55,726 nucleotides of DNA from a bacterium (GTDB taxonomy: Bacteria > Patescibacteriota > Patescibacteriia > Veblenbacterales > UBA10138): NCBI GenBank assembly GCA_020057885.1, contig JAGVEX010000016.1, positions 1 through 55,726 of the forward strand, in the 5' to 3' direction. How positions within the stretch are numbered: the first letter of the stretch is position 1; every line of letters begins with the position of its first letter. This document shows positions 16,489 to 26,060 of this stretch, one piece after another. The notes under the pieces are model-generated. The model was not told where the DNA came from and searched no databases. It saw only the letters and a program-made list of their open reading frames with translations. A program made the translations under genes and the position numbers.

Positions 16489-17619
16489 ATGGCTAGTAAA
16501 GATTATTATCAAACATTAGGAATATCAAAATCCGCTTCGCCAGATGAAGTTAAAAAAGCTTTTCGTAAACTGGCACACCAGCATCATCCGGATAAGCACG
16601 GTGGTTCCGATGCTAAGTTTAAAGAGATAAACGAGGCTTACCAAGTGCTTTCTGATTCCCAAAAGCGGCAACAGTATGACCAATTTGGCGCTAATTTTGA
16701 AAGTGCTGGCGGCCCTGGTGGTTTTAATTGGCAAGATTTTGCGCGCGCGCAACAGGGTGGCTTTAATCAAAGTAACGTTAATTTTGATTTTGGCGACATT
16801 GGTGATTTGTTTGGTGACTTTTTTGGCGGGGGAGCCGGTCGCCGCTCCAGACGCGCCGGACCGCGGCGTGGGGCGGATGTGGAGTTTGTCACAGCGATTG
16901 ATTTTCGTGAAGCTGTTTTTGGGGTGGAAAAAGTTTTGCGTTTTGAAAAATCTATAGTGTGCAATCATTGCAAAGGCTCGGGCGCCGAACCGGGGGCTAA
17001 AATAAACACTTGCTCAACCTGCGGCGGCGCTGGGCAAGTAGAGCAAATGCAGCGCACTTTTTTGGGCGCTATGCGTACAGTGGCTGTTTGTCCAACCTGC
17101 GGCGGCGAAGGGAAAAGCGCGGAAAAAGCTTGTACCCATTGCCACGGCAAGGGGAGTGAAGTAGGAGTAAGAGAACTTAAGGTCCAAATTCCCGCTGGTA
17201 TTGATAATGGGCAAGCTATTAGGCTTTCGGGCGAAGGCGAGCCAGGCGTCAAAAGCGGACCGGCTGGCGATTTACATTTAATTGTGCAAGTTAGGCCCGA
17301 TAAGCTATTTAAACGCGAAGGTTACAATTTAACCACTGCCCGGGAAATAAGTATGTCACTTGCCAGTTTGGGCGGCAAGGTTAAATTAGCCACGCTTGAT
17401 GGTGATATTTATTTAAAAATTCCAGCCGGCACGCAAAGCGGCAAGATTTTTAAGTTAGAAAGCAAGGGCGTGCCGCATTTACGCGGTAAGAATAGAGGCG
17501 ATATTTTAGTAACAATTTATGTAAAAACTCCGGAAAAACTTAGTAAAAAAGAAAAAGAATCAATCCGCGCCTTGCCCAAATTAGCGGGTGAGGAAATAGA
17601 TGATTTCGGGTGGTTTTAA
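16489..17619 (+). CDS. dnaJ: Chaperone DnaJ
   Basis: J-domain HPD, G/F-rich region and four CxxCxGxG repeats. Confidence 0.98.
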   Translation: MASKDYYQTLGISKSASPDEVKKAFRKLAHQHHPDKHGGSDAKFKEINEAYQVLSDSQKRQQYDQFGANFESAGGPGGFNWQDFARAQQGGFNQSNVNFDFGDIGDLFGDFFGGGAGRRSRRAGPRRGADVEFVTAIDFREAVFGVEKVLRFEKSIVCNHCKGSGAEPGAKINTCSTCGGAGQVEQMQRTFLGAMRTVAVCPTCGGEGKSAEKACTHCHGKGSEVGVRELKVQIPAGIDNGQAIRLSGEGEPGVKSGPAGDLHLIVQVRPDKLFKREGYNLTTAREISMSLASLGGKVKLATLDGDIYLKIPAGTQSGKIFKLESKGVPHLRGKNRGDILVTIYVKTPEKLSKKEKESIRALPKLAGEEIDDFGWF

Positions 17620-17630
17620 ACCACCCTTTT
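17608..17630 (+). terminator. Terminator overlapping the dnaJ stop
   Basis: gggtggtt/aaccaccc followed by tttt. Confidence 0.6.
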
Positions 17631-17639
17631 GTTTACTCC

Positions 17640-17668
17640 TTGACAGTTTTAATTTTTAGTATTATAAT
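17640..17668 (+). promoter_or_regulatory. Perfect-consensus sigma70 promoter
   Basis: TTGACA (17640-17645), 17 bp, TATAAT (17663-17668). Confidence 0.85.
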
Positions 17669-17756
17669 GTATTATTAAATAAAAATTCAAAAATAATCAA
17701 CTAAAATAACTAAAAAACAAACAAAATAAAAAAATCAAAGATTGGAGTTTAATAAA

Positions 17757-18200
17757 ATGAACCAAATGGAAGTTTCCGGCAAAAGTCTCGTAACAATTTT
17801 GCACTTGTTATTATCTGAGATGTTCTATCTTTTGGTTATGGCGAATAAATATTCGCTTGATGATTCCGAGAAAATTCTTAATTTATTACAAAAATATTGC
17901 TCCGATAAATCCGGGGTGACCAGTGATGAAATAAAAGCCTTTTCGATGTGTTATGGGTTAAGAATTGAGGGCATCAATGATTTTAAACAGAGACTAGATT
18001 GTTTCGATGTTGCCAAAGAGATGGGTATATCACCATCGAAAGTTACACAACTTACGCATTCCTTCATTGGTAAAATTAAAAATTCTCATTTTTGCATTGA
18101 ATTTCATTCAATGTTCAGAGCATTCAAATATGCTGACGATGGCCAAAAACTGCAAGACGTTGAGCTAATTCAAGTCGTAACCGAGATAGTAGAATTGTAG
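17757..18200 (+). CDS. Orphan with a sigma70 region-4-like HTH (ATG at 17757 after GGAG preferred)
   Basis: FSMCYGL...DVAKEMGISPSKVTQLTHSFIGKIK resembles region 4.2 (RFGL...EIAxxxGVSxERVRQIxxxALxKL); terminator at ~18223-18262. Confidence 0.6.
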   Translation: MNQMEVSGKSLVTILHLLLSEMFYLLVMANKYSLDDSEKILNLLQKYCSDKSGVTSDEIKAFSMCYGLRIEGINDFKQRLDCFDVAKEMGISPSKVTQLTHSFIGKIKNSHFCIEFHSMFRAFKYADDGQKLQDVELIQVVTEIVEL

Positions 18201-18326
18201 CCGCTATAATAAATAAAATTTTAGAGAGGATTCATTTTTATTTTGAATCCTCTTTTCTTTTTTAAAAATGTTATTATTTAAAGCAACATTAATCAAAAAC
18301 TCTTAATCAATGTTTTTTACTTACCA

Positions 18327-18361
18327 TACTACTTTCCTACTTAGGCAAATAGGAAAGTAGT
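18327..18361. promoter_or_regulatory. Palindromic element, copy B
   Basis: (tac)tactttcctactt-aggc-aaataggaaagta, 20 bp upstream of TTGACA (18380). Confidence 0.7.
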
Positions 18362-18453
18362 TAAATTAATGTGTCTGGTTTGACAAACAATGTTTAATTT
18401 AGTAAGTTGTCAAAAACAAAATAAGAGCAATGTAGTATTGCCAAAGGAGACAT

Positions 18454-18720
18454 ATGACAGAAGAACGAAGAAAGGTTTTAGAGAAAATCAAAACCGACCT
18501 CGCGATTATTAAAAATAACGGCGGAATGGCTGTAAGCTGGGTAGACAATCATAGCAATATTCATTCGGCCAGGTGTTTAGGCCCAGACAAGAGTGGTGAT
18601 TGTATGCTTATTGAGCGTTTTCCAGGCCATGGAACTATTGAGGTGCCACTTGATACTATTTATAGCTTCACGATACTAGTGGCGTACAATAATTTAACAT
18701 TTCCGCCAAAATCAAAATGA
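18454..18720 (+). CDS. Hypothetical protein, possible Sm/SH3-like beta-barrel (orphan cassette)
   Basis: SD AAAGGAG, own promoter and terminator; N-terminal helix then a beta-strand pattern ending IEVPLDTIYSF. Confidence 0.6.
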   Translation: MTEERRKVLEKIKTDLAIIKNNGGMAVSWVDNHSNIHSARCLGPDKSGDCMLIERFPGHGTIEVPLDTIYSFTILVAYNNLTFPPKSK

Positions 18721-18742
18721 TTGCACGAATCTTAACGTAAAT

Positions 18743-18775
18743 AAGCCGGTCTTAAATAATTTGATCGGCTTTTTT
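18743..18775. terminator. Terminator between convergent genes
   Basis: aagccggtc/gatcggctt followed by a T-tract. Confidence 0.65.
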
Positions 18776-19736
18776 AATTAAAATTTACTGTTAGTATGTT
18801 TTTAATCTCTTCCAGTGTTTTTATGTGCACTAATTGCGTGCGTATTTGGGAAGCACCGGCAAAACCTTTTACATACCAGCTTAAATGTTTGCGCAGTTCA
18901 ATTAAACCATATTCGCCTTTGCTTTGTAGAGCGATTTCGGCGTGTTTAAGCATAACTTGTTTTATGGCTGTCCAATCTGGGGTTTTGTAACTGCCAGTAG
19001 TTAGATATTGTTTAATCTGTTCAAAAAACCAGGGTTTCCCCCAAGCGCCGCGGGCAATGCCAACGCCGTCAGCCCTAGTTGCTTCTAGAACCTCTTTGGC
19101 ATTTTCCGGCGTGTAGATTCCGCCATTGGTTAGCAGAATGCCGGACCAAATTTTTCGCACTTCCGCCACTACGTTTAAATTTGGTTCGCCGTCAAAAGGC
19201 TGTTCGTAAGAACGCGCGTGAATCATAATAGTGCTTACTGGCAGTGCTTTTATTTTATCCACCAAATCCAGCGCAGTTACTACACCAGCATTTTGTTTTT
19301 TAATACTGGCGCGGATTTTTATGGAGATTGGCAATTTAGTGCCTTCGCAAGCCGCTTGTACAAGTTCATAACACAAAGGTAAGTCACGCATTAAAGTTAC
19401 CCCGCCGCCGTTACGCACTACTTTATAGGCCGGACAGCCAAAATTTAAATCTATGCCGGCAAAGCCCATCTCTTCTAAAACTTTCACGGCTTTAAAAAAA
19501 TGTTCCGGTTTTTTGCCGAATATTTGGCAAACTACTGGCTGTTCGGCTGGATCATAACCAATAAATTCTTTGGTTTTTTTATTTTCATAAACCAAAGCAT
19601 CAACCGAGGCAAATTCAGTATAAATAACATCCGCGCCGTAAGCTTTACAAAGTTGCCGAAAAGCTGTATCAGTCACGCCAGCCATCGGCGCCAGCGCGAT
19701 TATTGGTTTAGGTAATTTTGTCCAAAAATTGTTCAT
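18774..19736 (-). CDS. tRNA-dihydrouridine synthase (Dus family)
   Basis: [27 protein letters not shown] and RKHLSWY. Confidence 0.93.
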   Translation of the reverse strand: MNNFWTKLPKPIIALAPMAGVTDTAFRQLCKAYGADVIYTEFASVDALVYENKKTKEFIGYDPAEQPVVCQIFGKKPEHFFKAVKVLEEMGFAGIDLNFGCPAYKVVRNGGGVTLMRDLPLCYELVQAACEGTKLPISIKIRASIKKQNAGVVTALDLVDKIKALPVSTIMIHARSYEQPFDGEPNLNVVAEVRKIWSGILLTNGGIYTPENAKEVLEATRADGVGIARGAWGKPWFFEQIKQYLTTGSYKTPDWTAIKQVMLKHAEIALQSKGEYGLIELRKHLSWYVKGFAGASQIRTQLVHIKTLEEIKNILTVNFN

Positions 19737-21181
19737 TTACTTTTTACCACCGGACCGAATTCGGTATCATCTACTGCAAAACCCTGTTCTAAAATTTGTT
19801 GCCGCAAAGAATCAGCTTTGCCCCAATTTTTCTCCTGGCGAGCTTGTTCGCGCTCCTTCACCAAATTGGTTATTTCTTTGGGTACAGCAAGAGGTTTAAT
19901 ATTTTTTAATCCCAACCCAAGTATTTCATCAAATTTAAACAAAGTCTGTTTTTTAACAGCATCCTGCTCCTCTTCTTTTAATAATTCCCACATAATTGCC
20001 AGAGCTTGCGGCGTATTTAAGTCGTCATTCATGGCTTCCATAAACCTTTGTTCAAAACTAGTGTTTATTTTACCAGCCTTGCTTATAGTGGCAACTTTGT
20101 TTTGCAGGTTGAGTAAGGCTTTAGCCGAGCCCAGTAAAGCTTCCCAGGAAAAATTTAACGGTTTGCGGTAGTGCGTACCCAAACAGAAGTAGCGATAGGC
20201 GAGCGGGGTAATGTTTTTTTCTTTTAAAGAATCAAGTGTGATAAAATTATCTTCGCTTTTGCCCATACGTTTTTCATCAATTACCATAAATTCGCCGTGC
20301 AGCCAATACTTCACAAATGATTGACCAGTAGCCGCTTCACTCTGGGCAATTTCATTAGGATGATGCACAGGAAGATGATCAATTCCGCCGCAGTGGATAT
20401 CAATGGTTCGACTGCGCTCACCATAAAATATTCCATTAGGGTCATAGGCATCGCCCAAGTACTTTAGAGACATAGCCGAGCATTCAATATGCCAGCCTGG
20501 GAAACCAACTCCCCAAGGGCTAGGCCATTCCATTTGGCGTCGTTTAGTGGCGTCATCCTGAGCCGAGTCAAAGGATCTCCCATTAGTATGCGAAAATTTC
20601 CACAAAGCAAAATCGGTTGAGTTTCGTTTTTCAAGATTAGCCTCCACACGTGCGCCTTCTTTTTGGCCTTGTATATCAAGCCGCGCTATTTTGCCGTAAT
20701 CTCTGAATTTAGATGTATCAAAATAAATACCATCAGAAATTTGGTAAGCATAGCCCTTATCTTGTAGTTTTTGTATAAGCTCAATTTGCTCTTTGATATG
20801 GTCAGTGGCCTTGCACCAAATATTAGGTTCCAAAATATTAAGCTCTTGCAAATTGCGTTGGAACATTTTAGTATATTCCTCGGCAATTTCCCAAACACTT
20901 TTGCCTTCGCGCCGCGCGCCTTTTTCCATTTTATCTTCACCTTCGTCCGCGTCGCTGGTCAGGTGGCCTACGTCGGTAATGTTCATTACGTGTTTGATTT
21001 TGTAGTTATTGGCCAAAAGCGTACGTTTTAAAATATCCTCAAAAAAATAAGTACGCATATTGCCAATATGTGGCGCGCCATAAACCGTCGGGCCGCAAGT
21101 ATAAAGGCCAACTTCGTTCTTGTGAAGCGGTACAAAATCCTCTTTGGAGCGGCTGAGAGAGTTAAAAAGTTTAAGCGTCAT
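19733..21181 (-). CDS. cysS: Cysteine-tRNA ligase (ATG at 21181 preferred), with two short insertions
   Basis: [34 protein letters not shown] and RMGKS. Confidence 0.97.
   Translation of the reverse strand: MTLKLFNSLSRSKEDFVPLHKNEVGLYTCGPTVYGAPHIGNMRTYFFEDILKRTLLANNYKIKHVMNITDVGHLTSDADEGEDKMEKGARREGKSVWEIAEEYTKMFQRNLQELNILEPNIWCKATDHIKEQIELIQKLQDKGYAYQISDGIYFDTSKFRDYGKIARLDIQGQKEGARVEANLEKRNSTDFALWKFSHTNGRSFDSAQDDATKRRQMEWPSPWGVGFPGWHIECSAMSLKYLGDAYDPNGIFYGERSRTIDIHCGGIDHLPVHHPNEIAQSEAATGQSFVKYWLHGEFMVIDEKRMGKSEDNFITLDSLKEKNITPLAYRYFCLGTHYRKPLNFSWEALLGSAKALLNLQNKVATISKAGKINTSFEQRFMEAMNDDLNTPQALAIMWELLKEEEQDAVKKQTLFKFDEILGLGLKNIKPLAVPKEITNLVKEREQARQEKNWGKADSLRQQILEQGFAVDDTEFGPVVKSK
20403..20424. 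repeat. REP-like hairpin inside cysS
   Basis: atgg-ttcgactgcgctca-ccat; translated as GERSRT within an extra loop. Confidence 0.7.
20552..20579. repeat. REP-like hairpin inside cysS
   Basis: gtcatcctgagccgagtcaaaggatctc; translated as RSFDSAQDD within an extra loop. Confidence 0.7.
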
Positions 21182-21299
21182 ACTTATGATATTGTAGCTT
21201 AATTTGCGATTTCTTGACAATTTAATGTGTTGCCAGTAAAGTAGTGGCAATTAAAAAGAAATAAAAATAATCAAAAACAAACAATATTATGGAGTAGTT

Positions 21300-21713
21300 A
21301 TGATAAAATTGTTTTTTAAATTTGCCGTTATTATGTTCCTGGCTTGTGTAGTTAGGGGGATATTTGTAGATGATTACCCAATTGTTACATCATACGTAGC
21401 CGCCATCATTATCTTAGCTGTGGCTTATGGAATTAATCATTTCTTATTGTTTTGGGGATCCAAAGAAGTGTTCAGTAGACGTTTTGAAACAAGCCTAATA
21501 ATTTTTGTTGCTGACGTTGTGATGACGATTTCTATGTGTCTTGACCCAGAAGTAATTATTAATAGCGCTGGACCTATTACTGGTATTATTTTTATGGTCG
21601 CATGTCTTATTGGTGTTATAGTTTCTTTTAGTTATGACGACGATACTAATTTTACATTAGATAAAGCACTTACACTCATTACAGTGGCGACAGTTAGTGT
21701 ATTTGTCGTCTAG
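21300..21713 (+). CDS. Hypothetical membrane protein
   Basis: About 5 hydrophobic segments; SD GGAG; promoter TTGACA (21214), 17 bp, TAAAGT. Confidence 0.65.
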   Translation: MIKLFFKFAVIMFLACVVRGIFVDDYPIVTSYVAAIIILAVAYGINHFLLFWGSKEVFSRRFETSLIIFVADVVMTISMCLDPEVIINSAGPITGIIFMVACLIGVIVSFSYDDDTNFTLDKALTLITVATVSVFVV

Positions 21714-21732
21714 GAAAAGAGGGATATTATAA

Positions 21733-22221
21733 ATGGTTCTAATAGAAATTATAAGAAAAGTATTTCGCGTAGCAATAGCGATTAGTATAGTGTGGTTATT
21801 GGTATTCAAATTCACGTCTGATAATGTAGCTGTGGCCAGCGTTTCCGTTTTTGTTTTTATTGTTTTTGTAGCGTTGTATTTGTTCCGGTCATTTTTGAAA
21901 GGAAGGTTTTTGGTTGGCCCCGAATCGCCAAAGCTATACGATGTGCAGTTGTGGATATTGATATTTGTTTCTGCAATTCCGAGCGTGTTGTGTAGTATTA
22001 GTGGTGCGGAGATTTTTTCTGCACTCACCTTGTTATTTATATTAGTATTTAGCGCAGCACAATCAAAAAAGATAGGATTACACAAAAAGGAATTAGTAGC
22101 AGCATTATTAAGTGAATCACTGATACTTGGATTAATAATTTATTTGATGGCAAATTGGGGTAAAGTTATACTATGGTTTCAACAGCTATTAAACAATTTG
22201 CGCATATTATTTAATCCTTAA
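21733..22221 (+). CDS. Hypothetical membrane protein
   Basis: About 5 hydrophobic segments; terminator aagtcggtc/ggccgactt at ~22244-22277. Confidence 0.65.
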   Translation: MVLIEIIRKVFRVAIAISIVWLLVFKFTSDNVAVASVSVFVFIVFVALYLFRSFLKGRFLVGPESPKLYDVQLWILIFVSAIPSVLCSISGAEIFSALTLLFILVFSAAQSKKIGLHKKELVAALLSESLILGLIIYLMANWGKVILWFQQLLNNLRILFNP

Positions 22222-22343
22222 ACAATAAAAAGTAGTTATAATAAAGTCGGTCTTAGTCTATGGCCGACTTCTTTTATTTATTTAGATAATATTATAAATT
22301 TATGCTATGATTATTTTATACTTTGTTATTAAATGTTAAATTT

Positions 22344-22541
22344 ATGGCTAGGTTGGTGAAAAAAGAGGCCAAGGGGCCTATGGAAATTAAACCGTCCGAT
22401 AAGCCGGCTTGGATTTGTATGTGTGGACTTTCTAAAAATCAGCCATTTTGCGATGGTTCACATATTAAAACCAAAAGCGAGGAAGATGATAAAACATACA
22501 CTTATGATGAACAAGGAAATCGTCATGAGGTAAAAGAATAA
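22344..22541 (+). CDS. CDGSH iron-sulfur domain protein (ATG at 22344)
   Basis: CMCGLSKNQPFCDGSH signature. Confidence 0.93.
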   Translation: MARLVKKEAKGPMEIKPSDKPAWICMCGLSKNQPFCDGSHIKTKSEEDDKTYTYDEQGNRHEVKE

Positions 22542-22546
22542 AATTT

Positions 22547-22717
22547 ATGCCTAAACATTATGATTTTATAATATTTCTTGGTATTTTGGCAGGTGCTTTT
22601 ATTGGTACTATGTTAGTTCCCGGAATTGGCACTATTGTAGGTTTGGTAGTTGGTTTGTTTGTAGGGTGGCATTTTTCTAAACACAGCAAGAAAGAAGAGG
22701 GGCCAAGGCCAAATTAG
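22547..22717 (+). CDS. Small 56-aa glycine-zipper membrane protein (not in the ORF track)
   Basis: MPKHYDFIIFLGILAGAFIGTMLVPGIGTIVGLVVGLFVGWHFSKHSKKEEGPRPN*; repeated GxxxG. Confidence 0.75.
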   Translation: MPKHYDFIIFLGILAGAFIGTMLVPGIGTIVGLVVGLFVGWHFSKHSKKEEGPRPN

Positions 22718-22732
22718 GTTTTTATATAAAAT

Positions 22733-22778
22733 TTGACTTTTTCTCAAATAACTCCTACTATTTTAGTAGGAGTTATTT
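22733..22778 (+). promoter_or_regulatory. Promoter with a perfect 15-3-15 palindromic operator (probable Rrf2 site)
   Basis: TTGACT (22733), 17 bp, TACTAT (22756); aaataactcctacta-ttt-tagtaggagttattt (22746-22778). Confidence 0.85.
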
Positions 22779-22780
22779 AT

Positions 22781-23194
22781 ATGTTAAATCTTTCAGCCAA
22801 AGGGGATTACGGGTTAGTTTTTTTGCAGCAATTAGCCAAATTGCCAAAAGGACAATATTTGGGACTTAGGGAAGTAGCTAATGCTCATAATTTACCCCTT
22901 AAATACTTAGAACAGCTAGCTTATAAATTAGCGCGGGCTGGTGTTGTGGCTAGTCGTGAGGGCAAGAGCGGTGGGTATGCTTTAGTTAAAAAGCCAAGCG
23001 CTATTTCCTTAGGCAAGGTTTTGGAGGTGTTGGAAGGCGGATTATCACCGACTGTATGTGCGGCAGGGTGCAGTTTGTGTTCCCGTCAACAGGCTTGTGA
23101 AAAAAAAACCGGCTGGAAAAAAATTCACCAGCAATTGTATAAAGTAATTTCTAAATATACTTTGGCGGATATATTGTTTAATTCTAAAAAATAA
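22781..23194 (+). CDS. Rrf2-family transcriptional regulator (IscR-like; ATG at 22781)
   Basis: YLEQL, SREGKSGGYAL and a C-terminal Cys cluster CAAGCSLCSRQQAC. Confidence 0.92.
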   Translation: MLNLSAKGDYGLVFLQQLAKLPKGQYLGLREVANAHNLPLKYLEQLAYKLARAGVVASREGKSGGYALVKKPSAISLGKVLEVLEGGLSPTVCAAGCSLCSRQQACEKKTGWKKIHQQLYKVISKYTLADILFNSKK

Positions 23195-23199
23195 TTTTC

Positions 23200-23224
23200 A
23201 AAACTCTTACTCTTAACTCTTACT
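23200..23224 (+). repeat. 25-bp (ACTCTT)x3 element, copy 2
   Basis: Identical to 15723-15747; ends 6 nt before the sodA ATG. Confidence 0.8.
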
Positions 23225-23230
23225 AAACAT

Positions 23231-23833
23231 ATGTTCGAACTTCCTAAACTTTCATATTCATACGATGCGCTTGAGCCATATATAGATGCCAGTACTATGG
23301 AACTGCATCATTCCAAGCATCACGCCACTTATGTAGCCAAACTCAATGAAGCTTTAGCCAAAGCACCGGAGTGGCAAAATAAAACAATCGAAGAATTACT
23401 TACTTCACTAAATAGTATTCCTGAGAGTATTCGTACCGCGGTAAAAAATCATGGCGGCGGACATTATAACCACTCTTTGTTCTGGAGTATTTTAAAATTA
23501 AATGGTGGCCAAGAGCCTCAGGGCGAATTAGCAAAAGCTATCGCGCGCGATTTTGGCGATTTTGCCAAGTTTCGTGAAATTTTTACCCAAGCAGCTGTTG
23601 GTTTGTTTGGCAGTGGTTGGGTTTGGTTGGTGGCAGATGCCGCAGGCAAGCTTTCTGTAATTACTACATCAAACCAAGAAAGCCCAATTTCTCAGGGATT
23701 AAAATCTCTACTTACACTTGATGTTTGGGAGCATGCTTATTATCTTAAATTCCAAAATCGACGCACCGAATATGCGGAGGCATGGTGGAACGCAGTGAAT
23801 TGGGAAGAGGTTGGCGCCAGATTAAATAAATAA
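23231..23833 (+). CDS. sodA: Superoxide dismutase (Mn/Fe family, Mn-type residues)
   Basis: HHSKHH, GGGHYNH, FGSGW and DVWEHAYY. Confidence 0.95.
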   Translation: MFELPKLSYSYDALEPYIDASTMELHHSKHHATYVAKLNEALAKAPEWQNKTIEELLTSLNSIPESIRTAVKNHGGGHYNHSLFWSILKLNGGQEPQGELAKAIARDFGDFAKFREIFTQAAVGLFGSGWVWLVADAAGKLSVITTSNQESPISQGLKSLLTLDVWEHAYYLKFQNRRTEYAEAWWNAVNWEEVGARLNK

Positions 23834-23843
23834 AATTATTAAC

Positions 23844-24593
23844 ATGTTGCATTTACTTGAGATTAGGAATCTGCATGTAAAAGTGGGCGACAAAGTAATA
23901 ATTAAGGGCCTTAATCTTATAATAAAGCCGGGAGAAACCCATGCTTTAATGGGGCCTAATGGTTCTGGTAAATCAACTTTATCAGCCGTATTAGCAGGAC
24001 ATCCGTCGTATAAAATAACAGTTGGTTTACTTAGATACTTAGGTAAAAATATTATTAAGCTTGCCCCTGAAAAAAGAGCGGGTAAGGGATTATTTTTGGC
24101 GTTCCAGTATCCGCAGAGCATCCCTGGTCTTTCGGTGGAGGAATTTTTGCGTACGGCTTATAACGCACAAGCAGAAATTAAAAAAAATAAAAAACTGAAT
24201 GTTTTAGAATTCCGTCAGCTCTTGGAGCAGGCCATGGCCGGGCTTAAATTTAAAATTGAATTTTTGTCACGCAGTGTTAATGATGGTTTTTCAGGCGGAG
24301 AGAAAAAACGTTTAGAAATTTTGCAATTAGCAATATTTAAACCCAAGTTAGCAATTTTAGATGAAATTGATTCTGGGTTAGATGTCGATGCGCTTAAACT
24401 GGTCGCGCAAAGCGTGAAGCGTTTGGTTACCGCTAAAATGGCGGTAGTTGTAATTACCCATCATCAACGCATATTGCATTATTTAAAACCAACCAAAGTG
24501 CACGTGATTATGAATGGTAAAATAGTTAAATCAGGCGGCCGCGAATTGATTGCCAAAGTTGAGCGTAGCGGCTACGAGCAATTTATAAGTTAG
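23844..24593 (+). CDS. sufC: Fe-S assembly ATPase SufC
   Basis: GPNGSGKST, FLAFQYP, GFSGGEKKR and DSGLDVDAL. Confidence 0.96.
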   Translation: MLHLLEIRNLHVKVGDKVIIKGLNLIIKPGETHALMGPNGSGKSTLSAVLAGHPSYKITVGLLRYLGKNIIKLAPEKRAGKGLFLAFQYPQSIPGLSVEEFLRTAYNAQAEIKKNKKLNVLEFRQLLEQAMAGLKFKIEFLSRSVNDGFSGGEKKRLEILQLAIFKPKLAILDEIDSGLDVDALKLVAQSVKRLVTAKMAVVVITHHQRILHYLKPTKVHVIMNGKIVKSGGRELIAKVERSGYEQFIS

Positions 24594-24607
24594 ATGTATA
24601 TAATAAA

Positions 24608-26008
24608 ATGTCTCGGCCGAGCAAAACCATATTGAACGATAAGTATAGTTATGGTTTTCACGATTCAGTGAAGCCAGTTTATTCTTTATCGCGCGGACTT
24701 TCGCAGCGCGTGGTAGAAGAAATATCTTCGCTTAAAGCAGAGCCGGCTTGGATGTTTAAACTTCGTTTAAGAGCCTTGGAGATTTTTAAAAACAAACCAC
24801 TGCCCACTTGGGGTGCGGATCTTTCGAGTATTGATTTTTCTAAAATTTGCTATTATGTAAAACCATCCGAAAGGCGCGAGTCAACCTGGGCCGAAGTGCC
24901 TACCAAAATTAGAAACACTTTTACCAAGCTTGGCATACCGCAGGCCGAGGCTAAATTTTTGGCTGGTGTGGGCGCGCAGTATGATTCCGAAGCTGTGTAT
25001 CATAATTTAAAAACCGAGTGGAAAAAGCAGGGCGTGATATTTTTGGATATGGATTCGGCTTTGCGCGAACATCCTGATATTGTAAAACAATATCTTGGTA
25101 CAGTGGTGCCTCTGGCAGATAATAAATTTGCCAGTCTTAATTCTGCCGTATGGTCAGGTGGTAGTTTTGTTTATGTGCCGCGTGGCGTGCGGGTTAATAT
25201 ACCAATACAAGCTTACTTTAGGTTAAACGCCCAAAATATGGGGCAGTTTGAAAGGACTTTAATTATTGCCGAAGAAGGTAGTTTTGTGCATTACATTGAG
25301 GGTTGTACAGCTCCGGTTTACGCGGTTGATTCGTTGCATTGTGCAGTAGTGGAAATTATTGCCAAGCCATATTCGCACGTGCGGTACACCACTATGCAAA
25401 ATTGGTCCACGGATGTTTATAATTTAGTAACTAAACGGGCGGTAGCTTATGAGGGTGCCACAGTGGAGTGGGTAGATGGTAATTTTGGCAGCAAGGTAAC
25501 CATGAAATATCCTTGTGTGATAATGAAAGAGCGCGGCAGTCGGGTAGATGTGCTGTCACTTGCTTTTGCGGGGGAGGGGCAGTATCAAGATACTGGCACT
25601 AAAGTAATTCATTTGGCTCCTGACACAAGTTCTAATATTGTTTCTAAATCTATTTCACGCGGCGGGCGAGCGAGTTACCGCGGTCTTTTAAAAGTGGCGT
25701 CACAGGCACTTAATGTAAAAAGTAAAATTAAATGTGATGCTTTATTGTTAGATGAAAAATCCCGTTCGGATACTTATCCTACTATACAAATAAATGCGAG
25801 CGACGCGCAAATAGAACACGAAGCTACTGTTTCCAAAGTAGGAGAGGAGCAGTTATTTTATTTACGTTCGCGGGGATTATCTGAAAATGAGGCTTTGTCA
25901 ATGATAGTTTCTGGATTTATAGAACCAGTGGCTAAGGAGTTGCCTATGGAATACGCCGTTGAACTTAATCGTTTAATCAGATTAGAAGTGGATGGAAGTG
26001 TAGGATAA
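24608..26008 (+). CDS. sufB: Fe-S assembly protein SufB
   Basis: AQYDSE, GQFERTLII, EGCTAP, TMKYP, HEATVSK and LPMEYAVE. Confidence 0.97.
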   Translation: MSRPSKTILNDKYSYGFHDSVKPVYSLSRGLSQRVVEEISSLKAEPAWMFKLRLRALEIFKNKPLPTWGADLSSIDFSKICYYVKPSERRESTWAEVPTKIRNTFTKLGIPQAEAKFLAGVGAQYDSEAVYHNLKTEWKKQGVIFLDMDSALREHPDIVKQYLGTVVPLADNKFASLNSAVWSGGSFVYVPRGVRVNIPIQAYFRLNAQNMGQFERTLIIAEEGSFVHYIEGCTAPVYAVDSLHCAVVEIIAKPYSHVRYTTMQNWSTDVYNLVTKRAVAYEGATVEWVDGNFGSKVTMKYPCVIMKERGSRVDVLSLAFAGEGQYQDTGTKVIHLAPDTSSNIVSKSISRGGRASYRGLLKVASQALNVKSKIKCDALLLDEKSRSDTYPTIQINASDAQIEHEATVSKVGEEQLFYLRSRGLSENEALSMIVSGFIEPVAKELPMEYAVELNRLIRLEVDGSVG

Positions 26009-26040
26009 AAAAATCATCAACTAGTAGTAAGTTGATGATT
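26008..26040. terminator. Hairpin terminator between sufB and the convergent orphan
   Basis: aatcatcaact/agttgatgatt with an upstream A-tract. Confidence 0.6.
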
Positions 26041-26060
26041 AGGGAAATTATCGCCCTGTA

